NCBI RefSeq assembly: GCF_030144855.1
Contig: NC_082722.1
Coordinates: 27,094,001-27,158,000, forward strand
Length of the DNA stretch: 64,000 nt
Reading direction: 5' to 3'
Source: Hypanus sabinus
Taxonomy: Eukaryota
The translations under genes and the position numbers were made by a program. The notes beneath the pieces are model-generated. The model was not told where the DNA came from. It did not search any database and was given only the letters and a program-made list of their open reading frames with translations. How positions within the stretch are numbered: the stretch's first letter is position 1; each line of letters starts with the position of its first letter. Shown here piece after piece: positions 50,528 through 63,360 of the stretch.

Positions 50528-53505
50528 CTGCTCTGTTGTCCTTCCTGCAAATGTCCCTATCCAGTCAACTTTAACCATATCGCCTCTCATGTCATTGTAA
50601 TTTCCTTTATTCCACTGAAATACCGACATTGGATTTTATTTTTCCATCCGAAGTTTCAATGTGAACTGCATCATATTATGATCGAGCTTAAGTATTCCGT
50701 AACCTTAAACTCATTTATCACTTCCGGATCATTGCACAACACCTAATCCTGCACAGTCGATCCCCTAGTGGGGTCAACAACAAGCTGTTCTAAAAAGTCA
50801 TCCCTTGGATATTCTACAAATTCTCTCTATTAAGATCCAGTGCTGAGCTGGTTTTCTCAATCCACTTTCCTGTTAAAGTCCCTAATGATTATCATTACAT
50901 TGTGTTTCTTACACGCTGTTCCTGTATCCTGCCGTAAATTGTAATCGACATCCCGGCTGCCGTTTGGAGGCCTGTATCCAAATGCCCTTAGTGTCCTTTT
51001 ACACTTGCTACTTCATAACTCAACCAGTAGCGTCTCTACACCTTCCAACCCTATGTCATCTCTTTCTAATGATCTTATATGATTTCTTATGCACAGAGCT
51101 ACACTGCACCCTCTGTCTACAAAGCTGTCTTTCGGATACACTGTAAATCCCTGGACGTTAGTCTCCCAATTGCATCTATCCTTTAGCTAAGTTTCAGAGA
51201 TGGCCTCAACATCATATTTGCCAATCTGTAGTTGAATTTCAAGATCGTCCAATCTGCTCCAGTATTTGCTGTTTTCTGTTTTAACTGCAAGCCGCCGCTT
51301 TTGCCCTTTAACTCACGCCACTAGCTGTGATAAAGACTCATCTCCTGACTGTTCATTGTATAATCTCTGTTGCACGTTATATTTGATTTATTTCTGTTTT
51401 CCCCTTTCTCAGCCCTATCATTCAGGTTCCCATCCCCTTGTCAAATGAGTTTAAACGCTCCCTAACAGCTCTATTAAATGTGACCGCTTGGACATTGGAC
51501 GCCCTGGGTTCAGGTGTATACCGCCTGTTTTGGAATCTGAAGCCCTTCCGTCGACACCAGTCTCTCCGCCACGTTTGAATCCGCCTGAACATGCTATTTT
51601 TGCATTCGTTAGTACGTGGCACAGACAGCAATCCTGAGTTTACAGCCCTAGAGGACTTGCTTTCTACCTAACTCCCTGAATTCTCTCTTCAATAACTCTT
51701 CCCTTTCTCTACCTTTGTCATTCCTACCAACGTGTGCCAGGACTTCTGGCTGTTCACTTTCTCCTTTCAGAATACTCTGCATCCGATCCGAGACATCCCT
51801 TACCCTGGCACCTGAAAGGCAAGACACCATGTCGGTACCTCTTTCAGGCTGACAGAACCCCCAGTCTGTTCCTCTCACGATGGATCCCCTATGACTACCG
51901 TATTCAGCATCTTCGTCTTTTACTTCTGCACCATCGAGCCAGGCTCAGAGCCACAGATCCGATTGTCACGGTCGTCCTCTGAAAGGTCATCCCGCTGATC
52001 CGCTCTCAAACCGAGATAACAATTACAGAGGCGGATGGCCACAGGGACGCTCAATATTATCTGAGCTGTGTCCTTCGCTTCCCTTACCGGCACCCACTTA
52101 TCTAAATACTGTTGCTTCGGGGTGAATCACTGCCTGTAGATCCATCTCTCTCCTGTTTATTCTCCCTAATAAGCCGAAGGTCATCGAGCCGCAGTTCCAT
52201 GTCCCTAAAATGGTCAGGGGCTACATCTCGGTGCACGTTGTGCAGATGTGGCATCTGGGAGACTGGAAGATTCCCAGGATTCCCACATCTGTCACCCAGA
52301 GCAAAATACTAACCCTACCAACTTATTAAAAAAATGCAAAGATATACCTCATAAATGTAAAGAAAAAGCAAAAGCGAAGTCCACCTACCCACCTACCTCG
52401 CCGTGGCCTGAATGAGCCAAAGCCTGTTGATTCTACTCTCGCCACTTGCAGCTCCGCTTAACCATTCTGTACTTTAGTTCGTCGAGCTCAGTTGCCGTCG
52501 CTGATAGGCCCCGTACAATCGACCAATGTCCGCGAAGCTCTCGATTTGAGTAACAGAGATATCAGTACCGTCTTTAAGCAGGATTTTGTTACCGGAACAA
52601 TAAAAAGTGGCTACTGCGCATTCATTTAATAAGGCTCACAAGTGCAGGTGGCGAGCAAAATAGCGCTGTCGGGAAAATATACTGAATGAAGGACAGAATC
52701 TCTCAGGATTTGGAAAGGAAAAGACTGTAAAAGTGACCGTCACAATGGGTTTCACATGAGGAATCTCCCTCACCAAATTGATTCAGTTGTTTTGAAGAGG
52801 ATATGCTGAAAATTGCTAAGGGAAGGGCAGTAGACTATATCTTAACTAAATTTTGCAAGGTCCGGTATGACAGTCCAGTATAGAATGCTGCGTGACACGG
52901 GAGCCAGAGTGAACCAGCCAACTGAACACGGGAACACAAAATTGGTTTACTAGAGAATCGGACGGTGATACTGGAGATTTGATATAAAGTGTAAAGACCT
53001 GCAACTTGTGATATATTGAACAGATAGGTCCTGGTTACAGTATTATTTGACACGTCTGAAATATTTAATTAATAGTATTTTAGGTTGTTAATAAATTTCA
53101 GGATGCAGCGCAATTCGTGATATACCAGACAGTGACAGTTAACTCAGACGAGGAACGGGGAAAGTGGGCGAAGGAATTGTAGATAGATTTTAACTCGTAT
53201 ATTTGCAAATACTGGTTCGTTGCTTTTTGCTCAGTAAAGCTACGGCAGAAATTGCGGAATAGATTTCCCTGGGCGTTCAAGTAGAACACGGTGACTGAGA
53301 GGTACAGGCACGTGATCTGTAAAATTGTAGATAGAGATGGACTGGCTGGCAAAGAAGTTGTTCACCATTAAACGGACAGTTCGCAATCAGGATCTGTATC
53401 ACAATCAGGTTTATTATCACCGGCATGTGTCGTGAAAGTTGTTAACTAAGCAGCAGTAGATCAATACAATATATAATCTAGAGAAAGGGCAAGTTCAGCG
53501 TTCTG

Positions 53506-53977
53506 TGTAAGGAGTCACGGCCCTACGTCCTGCACCCAAGGAGGAGTCCCAGCTTTGTGTTCCATGTTCCTGTCTCGAGCCAGAGTTCTGCGTTCCTGAT
53601 CTCCCTGAACCAAGGCTTCGTGTTCTGCATTCCTGACCTCCCTCGACCCAGGCTCAGTGTTCTGCGTTCCTGTTCTTCCTCGATCAAGGCTCTGCGTTCC
53701 TGTCTTTTCCTCGACCATGGTTTCGGGGTCTTCTCCAGTACTAGTCACATCCAAGATCCTTGTCCTGCCCAAGCTACGGCTTTGCGTTCTCGTCTTATCA
53801 TGTGCTTCTCCCAGCACAGGAGTACCTAGCCCAGCCCAGTGCTGGGGCTCCCTCGTCCTCTGCTGGGTTTCCCTTGTCCTGTCCAGGAGTCCCACATCCA
53901 GTCCTGTTGCATCTCACTCGACCAAGGCTCTGTGTACTCGTCTTGTACTCAAAACATGCCATTTTCCCACTGTTACC
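53506..53977 (+). mobile_element. Solo LTR, about 470 bp
   Basis: TGTAA...TGTTACC termini, flanks ttctg/ttcag (5-bp TSD with one mismatch), internal pyrimidine-rich repeats (ctcgaccaaggctc). Confidence 0.55.
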
Positions 53978-54153
53978 TTCAGGTAGGAGAACAGAAGCCT
54001 GAAGGCACACACTATACGATTCAGTAGCAGCTTCTTCCCTTTTACCATCCAATTCCTAAATGAATATTGAACACGTGAATACTACCATTTTTTAAATATG
54101 TTATTTCTATTTTTGCAAGATTTTAAAAATCTATTTAATATGCGCAAAGTCTG

Positions 54154-55888
54154 AAGAATGGACTAATGGAGAACAGAGAGTGGTTCATGGGGAACTATTC
54201 ACAGTCCTCTCATCTTTAGGATATATGTCTCGACAAAAAGGAATATCTGAAGGTCAAGGCAGAAATCTCGACAGAAAACTTATCTTCTGGAAATAGTGTT
54301 TTCTGCCGCAAACACGTTTTTGTCACAAATTACCTGTAACGAAAAACTGAGCTGTCTTTCTTTAGAATTGTCTCTTATGATTCATTAGATCCACAGCAGG
54401 ATAAGGTTCCCAATGTCCATACCCTCTCCTCGCTAAACTCCTCAAGAAACAGACCTAAAATACATCCCTTGTGATCCAATAGACAAAATGTGTGTTACCT
54501 ATGACTAACTGTACGCCCCAAGCAGCTACATAATTTCAGATCTGAGAGGACAGGAGATACAATTTAATTATGGTGACAAAGCTTCTATGAAAGCAGCATA
54601 AAATTCCCACCGTTTCATGGAAATTCGGAAACAGAACTGCAAAAAATGGCGGGGTATCTGACATGTTATTCAGAAAATTAACTCCGTTTGTAGGAAGCAC
54701 ATGGAAGCTCAGTCTTATTTCATCTCCAACCAAGATACCTTTGAATATTATTTGTTCTCATTTTTAACTGGATAACAATTTATGCCCTGCCAGGTTAGGC
54801 ACATGAGTGCCTGGTAACAGTTTTTTTTTCCTATATTGGGTTAAAATTTTTGCTAGATGGACTATCCTATTGTCTCCCGTTTACTTTGTGGAAAAATAGG
54901 AGATTCTTGAAATGGCAGCATTTCCACCAGTGGAACTATTCATGTTGATTCGATTTAAAATGGAGCCTCGGAACTGCAATCCATCATTTGAGACTCCCTC
55001 CATGCGCCTTTTACAGATTTTATCGCAGTACCTCTTGAATCTTTGTCATCATTAAACTGAATAACTTACTGATTCAACACTTTAACCTCTCTGTCTCTGG
55101 CAAAGAAAGCATTTGTTGCTGCTTTTCCCTCATTACTTCGTGCGAGGTGGTCAAGCAGCGAATAAGGAACCCATGCACTAAAGGGCCTTCTCTGAAAAAT
55201 AAACAGAATATTATCTGTCACTGTAATAAATTTATGAAGATTTCAATTAAAATGCTATTGTTTCATGAAACTTAAGCAGTTAAATTGCATGAAAATTGCT
55301 GAAGTAATAGGTCGAATACGCGACCATATGTCTTTGCTCTTTGTCATCAATGCTCAGAATCTAAAATCATACATTTCACCGGAGACATGTGCATGACGAC
55401 TTCCGTGGGATTGTACTCGCTGTTCAAACCAGGCTCCTTCATCAATTTCCTTTTTGTTTTGCATTCCCGACATTAAGCAGTGGTTAATTAGTCGAACTTT
55501 GATAACAAGACCCTGAAATAAATTATCAAGAGAAGCAATTATTTCATTTATTTAATACAGTCCCTGCCCGACACGGCTTAAAGCCTTTTGGCTCTGTGAA
55601 CGAAACTGCTTTCCTCGCTGCAGTGAGAAACCAGCTGGGTTCTATTTGACCGAAGGTATATGATTGAAATCGAGAAAAACTGCAAAGGAAAATTGGAATG
55701 AAGAAATGTTGTTACTATTTTTGCACGTCTGTATTATTAGACATTCTTCAAAGCCTAAACGGATTTCCATCTTTACCATCAAAATGCTCAGAGTACAGAT
55801 TTGAATTTCTATCCCAATAAAGATTTGGATAATTCGTGCAAGAACGCAAACTTTCCAGCAAAATCAAGAAAGCACTAGAATGGCCATG
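54154..55888 (+). repeat. Segmental duplication block C' (5' flank of the V pseudogene; paralog of 2178-3960)
   Basis: Same colinear match; ends about 200 bp before the pseudogene leader exon. Confidence 0.9.
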
Positions 55889-56093
55889 CAAAAAATAGAA
55901 TTTTAAGAGTTCTTATTTCCCTCCCAGACCAGGCAGAGTTTAAATCTGAACCACATTATTCTGCCTTACGGTGGTGTCATTGTACGTCATGTTTACATGA
56001 TGAATACATTTCCTGACGAAGTTCTTTTCCTCCAGCAGTTTTTTTTTAAATCCCACTTGCATTGCTGGAATTGTTCGATTCGATTTCTGTAAG

Positions 56094-56148
56094 ATGTCGG
56101 AGAAATTAACGGTTTCGTAAATGGCGCTTCTGGCAATTACTTGGCTAA
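56094..56148 (+). pseudogene. Pseudogenized leader exon of a paralogous VJ-type IgSF gene
   Basis: ATG TCG start, exactly 55 bp as in the intact leader, similar donor A|GTATGC, but in-frame TAA at 56118-56120. Confidence 0.75.
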
Positions 56149-56352
56149 GTATGCTGATTTATACATGCCGCTTCCGAACTGAATATTGTATTTTAGAATA
56201 TTTAATCCTGGGTTCCCACAGCATATTTGTTTGCGGTGTTTCAGCTATTCGTTCGTCTTTGGCTCTTAGATATTCAGTGTCTTATGTCTTTTGATTTGGT
56301 TTTATTCACTGTGTCTAACTATTATTGATACTCTGTCTTATTTTTCCCGCAG

Positions 56353-56658
56353 CCGGCAAAGTTACTGCTTTCAAGGTATCTCAGTGCCCTAGGAACCTGT
56401 ACGTCCCAGGTGTTGCGAATTTTACCGTGTTCTACAGGTTTCCAATATCAGCAGGTACTTTCGACGTTCTTTGGTGGAGGGAAGGCGAGAAGGCATTTTT
56501 ACAAAGGGACAGCAGAAGACATTTTACTGTAGAAAGAAGAAGGGGAAAACTTGTACTCTGGAATTTCAAAGTCCCCGACTCGGGAATGTATTAATGTGAA
56601 GCAAAGTATCAGGAACAATCCTTCGGGAGAGGAAGTGGTAACAAGCTCAGTGCGTTTG
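56353..56658 (+). pseudogene. Pseudogenized V(J) exon of a paralogous IgSF gene
   Basis: Acceptor ttttcccgcag|, 306 bp, ungapped 38/102 aa identity to the intact V (WWREGEKAF, DSGMY*C, FGRGSGNKL). Lesions: B-strand Cys->Tyr (56433-56435), TAA (56592-56594), donor GT->GA (56659-56660). Confidence 0.88.
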
Positions 56659-58049
56659 GAAAGTTTGGCAGATTGGAGATTTTCGGCTTTGTGCATTTTA
56701 AATCAAACTTAGCGATGAGGGTAAAGCGAAATTATTCTAGTTGATAAAACAACGGCGAGAATACATTTGTTTCCCGTGTTAAAATATACACCAGTCCACA
56801 GATTCTAAATTCAGAATTAAAAAGAACAGAATAATTAATTACATTTCATGTAGCAAACCTTAGTTTTCTAATAGAGTTAAATTTGTTTACCTTATCGTAC
56901 TTCCCTGGCTCTTTCCCACCTCTGTTCTTCCTGCACTGTTCATCGGCTATCTCCCAGTGAAACCTAATGTCCAAGGTTAGTAATATCTTTGGACTTTACC
57001 CTTATTATTGCGAAGGTACTTTGAATACAATGAACTAATTTTCAATAAAGGTTAGGATTGCTTTACAGTAAAACGGCTGAAATAATATTAATATTAATGT
57101 AAATGGCTGGACTTATATAACGCGATTCGTCATCACAGAGCACCCAAAAAATGAAAACGTATATAATCTCTATCAAAGAGTTTGTATTCAGCAGTACAAT
57201 GCTCAATTTCCGCATCACACGTTAAGAGGAATAACACCCAGTTCCAAACGAGTTAATACCAACATCAAGTAACAATTTGCCACATGCACTGCAAATTGTC
57301 ATTCCAACCTTTGACATGCAGGATTCACAAAATCCATCAATTTTCGCCATAGAAAGTGGGGAGGAATATAGAGCTGTGAAGATCGAGGTGAAGGGTAGAG
57401 ATTCGAGCGCAAACCCACATTCAACACTTCCGCTGGCAGCTCTTTCCACAATAGTATCACCGTCTAAGTGAAGACGTTTCCCTTGATGTTCGACTTCTCA
57501 TTTCACTCTTCAGCTATGACTTCCAATTACATTCTGTCCAAACCTTAGTGAACGAAGCAGGTTTACATGCAAAATATCTGTATCCCTCATAATGTTCTAT
57601 ACCTCTATCAAATGTTCGCTCGTTCTCTTGCGAATAACGGAAAAAAAATCCTAAACTCAGCTTTCCTCATAATTCATGTCCTCAAATTCATGCACATCCT
57701 TGTAGGTTTACTTTGTACTAATTCAATCATATTGATAACTTTAACGCAGATAGGTAACCAGAACTGCGAAGAATATTCCAAATTTGTTCACACCAACGTT
57801 TAATACAATTTCGGCAAAACCTCCCAAATTCTACACTCAATACTCTGATATATGAAGGCGAATTTGAAAAAAAGCTATCTTTACGGTACTATCCGCCTTT
57901 GACTCTACTTTCACTGAGTTATCAATCTATATTCCAAGTTCATTTTTTACCCCACTCCTCAATGCCAGTCTCGTTCACTGTGTATATCCGAGACTGGTTT
58001 GTCTTCTCAAACTTCAACAGCTTACCGTTACCTTCATTAAATTCTGGAA

Positions 58050-58277
58050 AGTGGCCAGTGAGTGAGTGGGCCAGTGAAGGAGTGGAGATTTGAGGCTTTG
58101 ACACGAGAGGATTCAACGAACAGAGGCGGAGGACGAGCTTGTTCCCAGTTAGTCTTTACAATGCCTCCAGAGACGGCGATGTGCCTTTCCTGTGAGATGT
58201 GGCAGTCTTGGGGGAACTCGCCTCTCCCGCAGATTCACATCTGCCAGAAGTGCTTGTGGCTGAGAGTGGTGAATGAG
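58050..58277 (+). mobile_element. CR1 5' UTR and ORF1 N-terminus fragment
   Basis: MPPETAMCLSCEMWQ...HICQKC, the zinc-knuckle-like start of CR1 ORF1, truncated at the A' boundary. Confidence 0.7.
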
Positions 58278-61200
58278 ATTGCCAATGAGAGTGGTCCGTC
58301 TGAAAGTTTGAAATTAATAGGATATAATAAAAAGTGCTCATTTTTGATGAATTATTTATAATGGTCAAGGCTATGTCGATGCCTTGAGTACAAGAAATTC
58401 TGCGGATACCGGAAATCCCGAGGAAAGCCCACAAAGTCCCAGTGGAGTGCAGCGGGTCAGGCGGCACCAATGGTAAAAAACAAGAAGTCGATGTTTCGGG
58501 ATAAGATCCTTCTTCCGGACCGGAATGGAAGGTGGAAGAATTCACAATAAGGAGATGGGAGGGAAAGGCGTATAAGCTGGGAGGTGATAAGTGGGTGGAG
58601 AGGACGTAAAGAGGTGGCACTTGATAGTTGGATTTATATTCCGCCTCGATAGCCTCCAACCTGCTGATATGAATTTAGAATTCTGTAACTTCCAGTAATT
58701 TCTCCCGTACACCTTTCATCGTTTTCCAGTTCCCATTCTGCGTCCCTATTTATCCCTTCTCTTCTCCTCACCTAGCTTTGCTGCTGCTCCAAACTCTCTT
58801 TCTCCAATGCTCCAGTGTTCCCTCCCATCAGATTCATTCTCGTTCAGTCCTTCACCACTTCCACATATTGCCCTGAATATAAAACATGAGGAAAGGAGGA
58901 AATAGCGACCGGGAAATCGGGAAGAGCGAGCTGCGAATTATTATATCCCATCACTGTGGTGAAAAGCAGGGAAGCCAAGAGATCAAGGGAAATAAACATG
59001 ATTTTTTTTTTAACAGGTGCACATGAAAAAATGGAGACGTGGTGGAACAGTGTGCTCACGGTCTAAGAACACAGTCCGTTTGATGAATATACGGCACCTG
59101 CTGAAGTGTATCTGTTGACTTTGTGAGAAGCTGGAGAAGAAATTGTAAGGCCGATTGCAAAGATATCAGCATCGCCATTAACCAGGTCTGTGTTACCGCA
59201 GCATTGACAAATATGCATTTATTTAAGAAGATCAGCAAGAATAAGAGGAGAGTTGAAGTTGGTGATCCCAATATCGCTGTGTGGAAAAATACTGCGGTGG
59301 ATCGGAGGGAGAGAATCTATCAAAATTCGGAAAGGTAAACGTTGAAATAGCGATTTCATAGATTTTTCATTTGGAATCTCATCTCACAAATTTGACTGAG
59401 TTGTTTTGAAGAGGTGATGAAAACAATTGCTGAGTGCAGCAACTGTACTTGTCCATCATTAACTTATGCAAGATCCCGTATGGCAGGCTTGCATAGAAAG
59501 GTAGATGACATGGGAGCCTGGGTGAGACAGTCAACTGAGCATAAGAGTACAAAGTAGGTTTGTTGGAGAGAGTCAGATGGTGACACTGGAAATTTGATAT
59601 CCATAGTGACTGCGGGCAGCTAGCGGTGTACTGAACTGGTAGCTTCCAGTTCTAGCATTGTTTGCCATCTCCGAAATATTCAGATGAAAACATTTTTAAC
59701 TTCGGTAATATCTTTCATAACGCAACGTAATTGCTGGTATATTCGACTAAAAATAACTGTGACGATAAACTGCGAAAGTAGGGCAAGCAAGTGCAGATAG
59801 AATATAACTCAGCCATTTGCGAACTGTTGTCCTGTCGTTAGTTAAACCATGGCAGGAATTGCACAGTAGATTGCCCAGGGCGTAGAAGTAAAACAATGTG
59901 ACTGAGGGGTACATGCATTGATCTTTGAAAGCGACAACAGGGGTGGACAGTCTGGTGAAGAAGGTGCCTGTCATATTTATTTAACAGATGAAGCACTGTG
60001 TACAATATCTGGGCCGTCATGTCCACTGTGCAAGTCGTTGGTGAAACAGACTCAGAGTATTCTGAGCACTTCTGATCAGCCAGCTGAAGAAACGGCCCGA
60101 CAAAGCTTGAAATACTGCAGGAGAGATTCGTAAATACATTTGCCGGACAGCAAGTTTTTCGCTGTAGGGAGAGTCGGGGGTTATTCCTCCCTAGAGCACA
60201 GGAGGATAACTAGTGACGTAAGCAGTGGGCATGGTTATAGTCTTTTACCCAGAATAGATCAATCAAAACTCAGAATGCATCGATTCAAGTAGAGAGACAA
60301 AACATTTAAATGGATCTGGGGCAGGTTTTCCAAAGCAAAGGGGCTTGATAACTTGAATAGAGTACGGGATGATTTGTAGAGGTGGGAACAATTGTAACGT
60401 GTTAGGAACTTTTGGAGTGATACACAGGTAGAAGAGGTTTGTTGTGATACAGTTCAAACGCAAGTAAATAGGTCTAGCTAGGTCGAAGTCCTGGTTCAGT
60501 GCCATATGACGCCATGGATCCATTTGGGTGGAGTGCGGTGGTTCCTTGCAATGCTGGGGATAGTGGGGCGTTGTCATATTAATATAGGGTTAATGTGTGG
60601 TTTATATAATTCATGTTTGATAGTAGGCATGGACGGGGTCGCGCGAATGTGCTCTGTGCAGGGATAGCTTATTCAAGTAAGCTGGCAGAGTATACTCCGA
60701 TTGTGGCCTCATATTAAGGTTAAGTGAAGAAACAAGGACTGGAACCAATTGTCCAACTCAGATGAAATAAATTAGTGTGGAAAAAAATACCCACCTGACT
60801 TTTGGAGGTGTGCGCAATATTCTCGTATTGTTTAATAGAAGGGGATGTTGAGAATCGCAGTCGAGGGTAAAACAAAATACAGATGTTTTATCAGTTTACA
60901 ATCGATCTTAGAAATACTGGCCAGATTGTATTTAAATAATCAAATACTTGTTAATTGACATGTATTCACTGCTGAAACCGTGTTTGATCTGTTTGAAAGT
61001 ATTGATCGCTAAGAAAAATATTTCTTTGACGTTTAAAAAAATTAAATCATTAATTTTTTTTTCGTTTTGGAAGATTTGAGAAGTTTTGAATTTTACAAAA
61101 AAAAAATCAGATGTTTAGAACGTTTTCGATTTGACGGTTCCACTTAACTCTGAAGGTTATTCGATTAATCTTCTCAAGAGGCGTTTCGGAAACTTCAGGA

Positions 61201-63360
61201 AACCCCACGAATTGTGCAATATCTGCCTATTATCATGTGTAGGTCGTGATCACATAAAATCTTTCCGCAGCTATCAGGAACGTTGTCATAGTTAAAAATT
61301 ACCTAAAGGCATATTACAAGGATTGCAGATTCCGCAGTACTTGGAGTATAATGTGAAAGGTCCTCTGGTAGGGAAAGGTAGGGAAGATCCCAGAATGGGA
61401 AACGAAATCACTCCCTTAATTTGCAGCCATTTATCGGACGATCGATCTGAAGTCTTAGATATGTTTCTTTCTCCCTGACGCCCGATGGTGAACTATTAAT
61501 CTTCATTTTTCCTACCCATTTTGCGGATATCGTTTTTTTTTTTAAGAAATGTGCTGTTGTTGTCCAGAAATTATTGCGTTATCCAACATTATATTCATCC
61601 CCATGGTCTTGTGTTACTTCATTCATATTTTGGAAAAAATAGCGAGAAGATGGAGTCCAGGACTTAAATGACATGCTGCAGGCTCCTGCTACCCTACTTT
61701 CAGCAGCAGCCATCGAAACAATTGTCCATCAGGCACAGCACGTTACCTTTAGCTGTCAGTTTTCCCATTTTCCCCTCATGTCAGATATTTTCATAAACGA
61801 CTGATAAAAGAGGATTAATATCAGTAACGCAAAGATTCTGCAAATTCTGGAAATCCAGAACAACACACACAAGGTGAACTCAGCAGATCAGGCCACATCT
61901 GTGGAAGTGAATAAACGGTCAACTTTTCGGTCCGAGTCTCTTCATTAGGACTGGAAAGGAGGTGGGAAAATTGCAGAATAACAAGGACGTGGTATGGAGG
62001 ACGAATTAAAAGGTGATAGATGAAGCCAGGTTGAGGGGTTTTGGGGAGAGGGGAGAAGAGGAGCGTGTGCAGTTAGGCGGTGGGATGAAGTAAGAGGCTG
62101 GGAGGTGAGAGGTTGAAAACGCTAAGACCTGGAGAATAAGGAATCTAATAGGAGAGGAGCGTAGACTACGCGCGAACGGGAAGGAAGTGGGACGGATGTG
62201 GAAGTTGTAGGCAGGAGAGCAGTGGAGGGAAGAGGACAGAGGTGGGATCAGAAGAGAGACGTGGGAAGGAAAAATACTTGAATGAAAAGTCGATGTTCAT
62301 GTCGTCAGGTTTGAGGCTACCTAGACTGAATCCGAGGTGTTGCTCGCCCTCCCTGAGAATAGCCTCATGAAAGAGTAAGATGAGCACCTAAATCGCCATG
62401 TCGGAACGTGAATGGATAAGAATAAGAATAATTGGCCACTCGCAAATTCCGCATTTTGGGATGAACTGGAAGTGCTTGAAAAAGTGGTCCCCAGTTTACC
62501 TCGAATCTCATCAATGTAGAAGAGGCCGCATTGGTAGCTCTGGCTACAGTAGATTGCCCTAGTGTTTCGCAGGTGAAGTGTTGCCTCACTGTTCGTGCCC
62601 CTGAATGGAGGTGATAAAACTATAATTTCTAAGTTGTCTTCATTCCATCTGGATTCACATTGTTTGATTCGAAACAAACTGATGTCTTCTCCCATCTTAG
62701 TACAGGTTTGACAACACTTCAAAGTTATTTACATAGATATGTCAGTCTAGAACCTAGCTCGGTTCTGAAATTAAATGCACAAATGATATCCTTTTATTCA
62801 TAGTACGGCCACTCTGTACGACCTGACGTCTGTATCCGACGGCATTTCATTATTTTCTGCCTTAATTGGAAATAAACCGCAATCATTCTCCAAATAGTTT
62901 CTCATGATTTCTTCAAGCTTGGAAGGCTGTCAGCAATCGATACGTTTAAAACTTAAAACTCTGTTTTATTTAACATTGTGATAAAGCTTCTCATTTTTCT
63001 CTTTCCAGAGTGCACACGCCATAGAATCGAAGCACTGATATTGCAGAAATACATTAGAAACATTCAGTTGCGAGGAAGAGGCTTTGAAGTCACTTTATTA
63101 AAAAATAATCAATTTCCGTAACCTAAACTTGGAGCTGTAAGAGAAGCCAACAGACCTCTAATCGATTTCTGAGACACAAGTAAATTTTAACCAGAAAGGC
63201 TTTCTATTATATCATCAGCGGGCCCGTTAGTGCATTTCTATTCCCTGCTATTTGTAATTTCCCGTGAACCTGCACGAGGCGTTTGCTGTAGATCTTCAGC
63301 TGAAAGAAAACATTGAATCCTGGAGTGCATCACGGCAGAGGGCTGGTCCACCAGTTTCAT
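58278..63360 (+). repeat. Segmental duplication block A' (paralog of 30211-36430)
   Basis: Same anchors in the same order and orientation; lacks about 0.8 kb (30780-31600) and the CR1 insert at 32170-32612. Confidence 0.9.

Larger units (their letters stand above)
40240..52330 (-). mobile_element. Host CR1 (paralog of 12105-16140), split into 40240-40611, 44233-46533 and 50528-52330
   Basis: Minus-strand RT (SGVPQGSVLGLLIFTMIVDDL, FADDTKIGG), APE and ORF1 pieces continue across the insertions in the order seen at 12-16 kb. Confidence 0.8.
38502..53470 (+). repeat. Segmental duplication block B, expanded by nested insertions
   Basis: Same anchors as 11649-17050, separated by Rex1/Babar and CR1 insertions. 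Confidence 0.8.

Noticed and set aside
57222-57471. Overlapping short ORFs after the pseudo-V (candidate C1 or tail exon; CxxC-x7-CxxC on the minus strand)
   Set aside because: The plus frame lacks Cys and Trp and has weak splice sites; the minus-strand Cys pattern has no supporting context.
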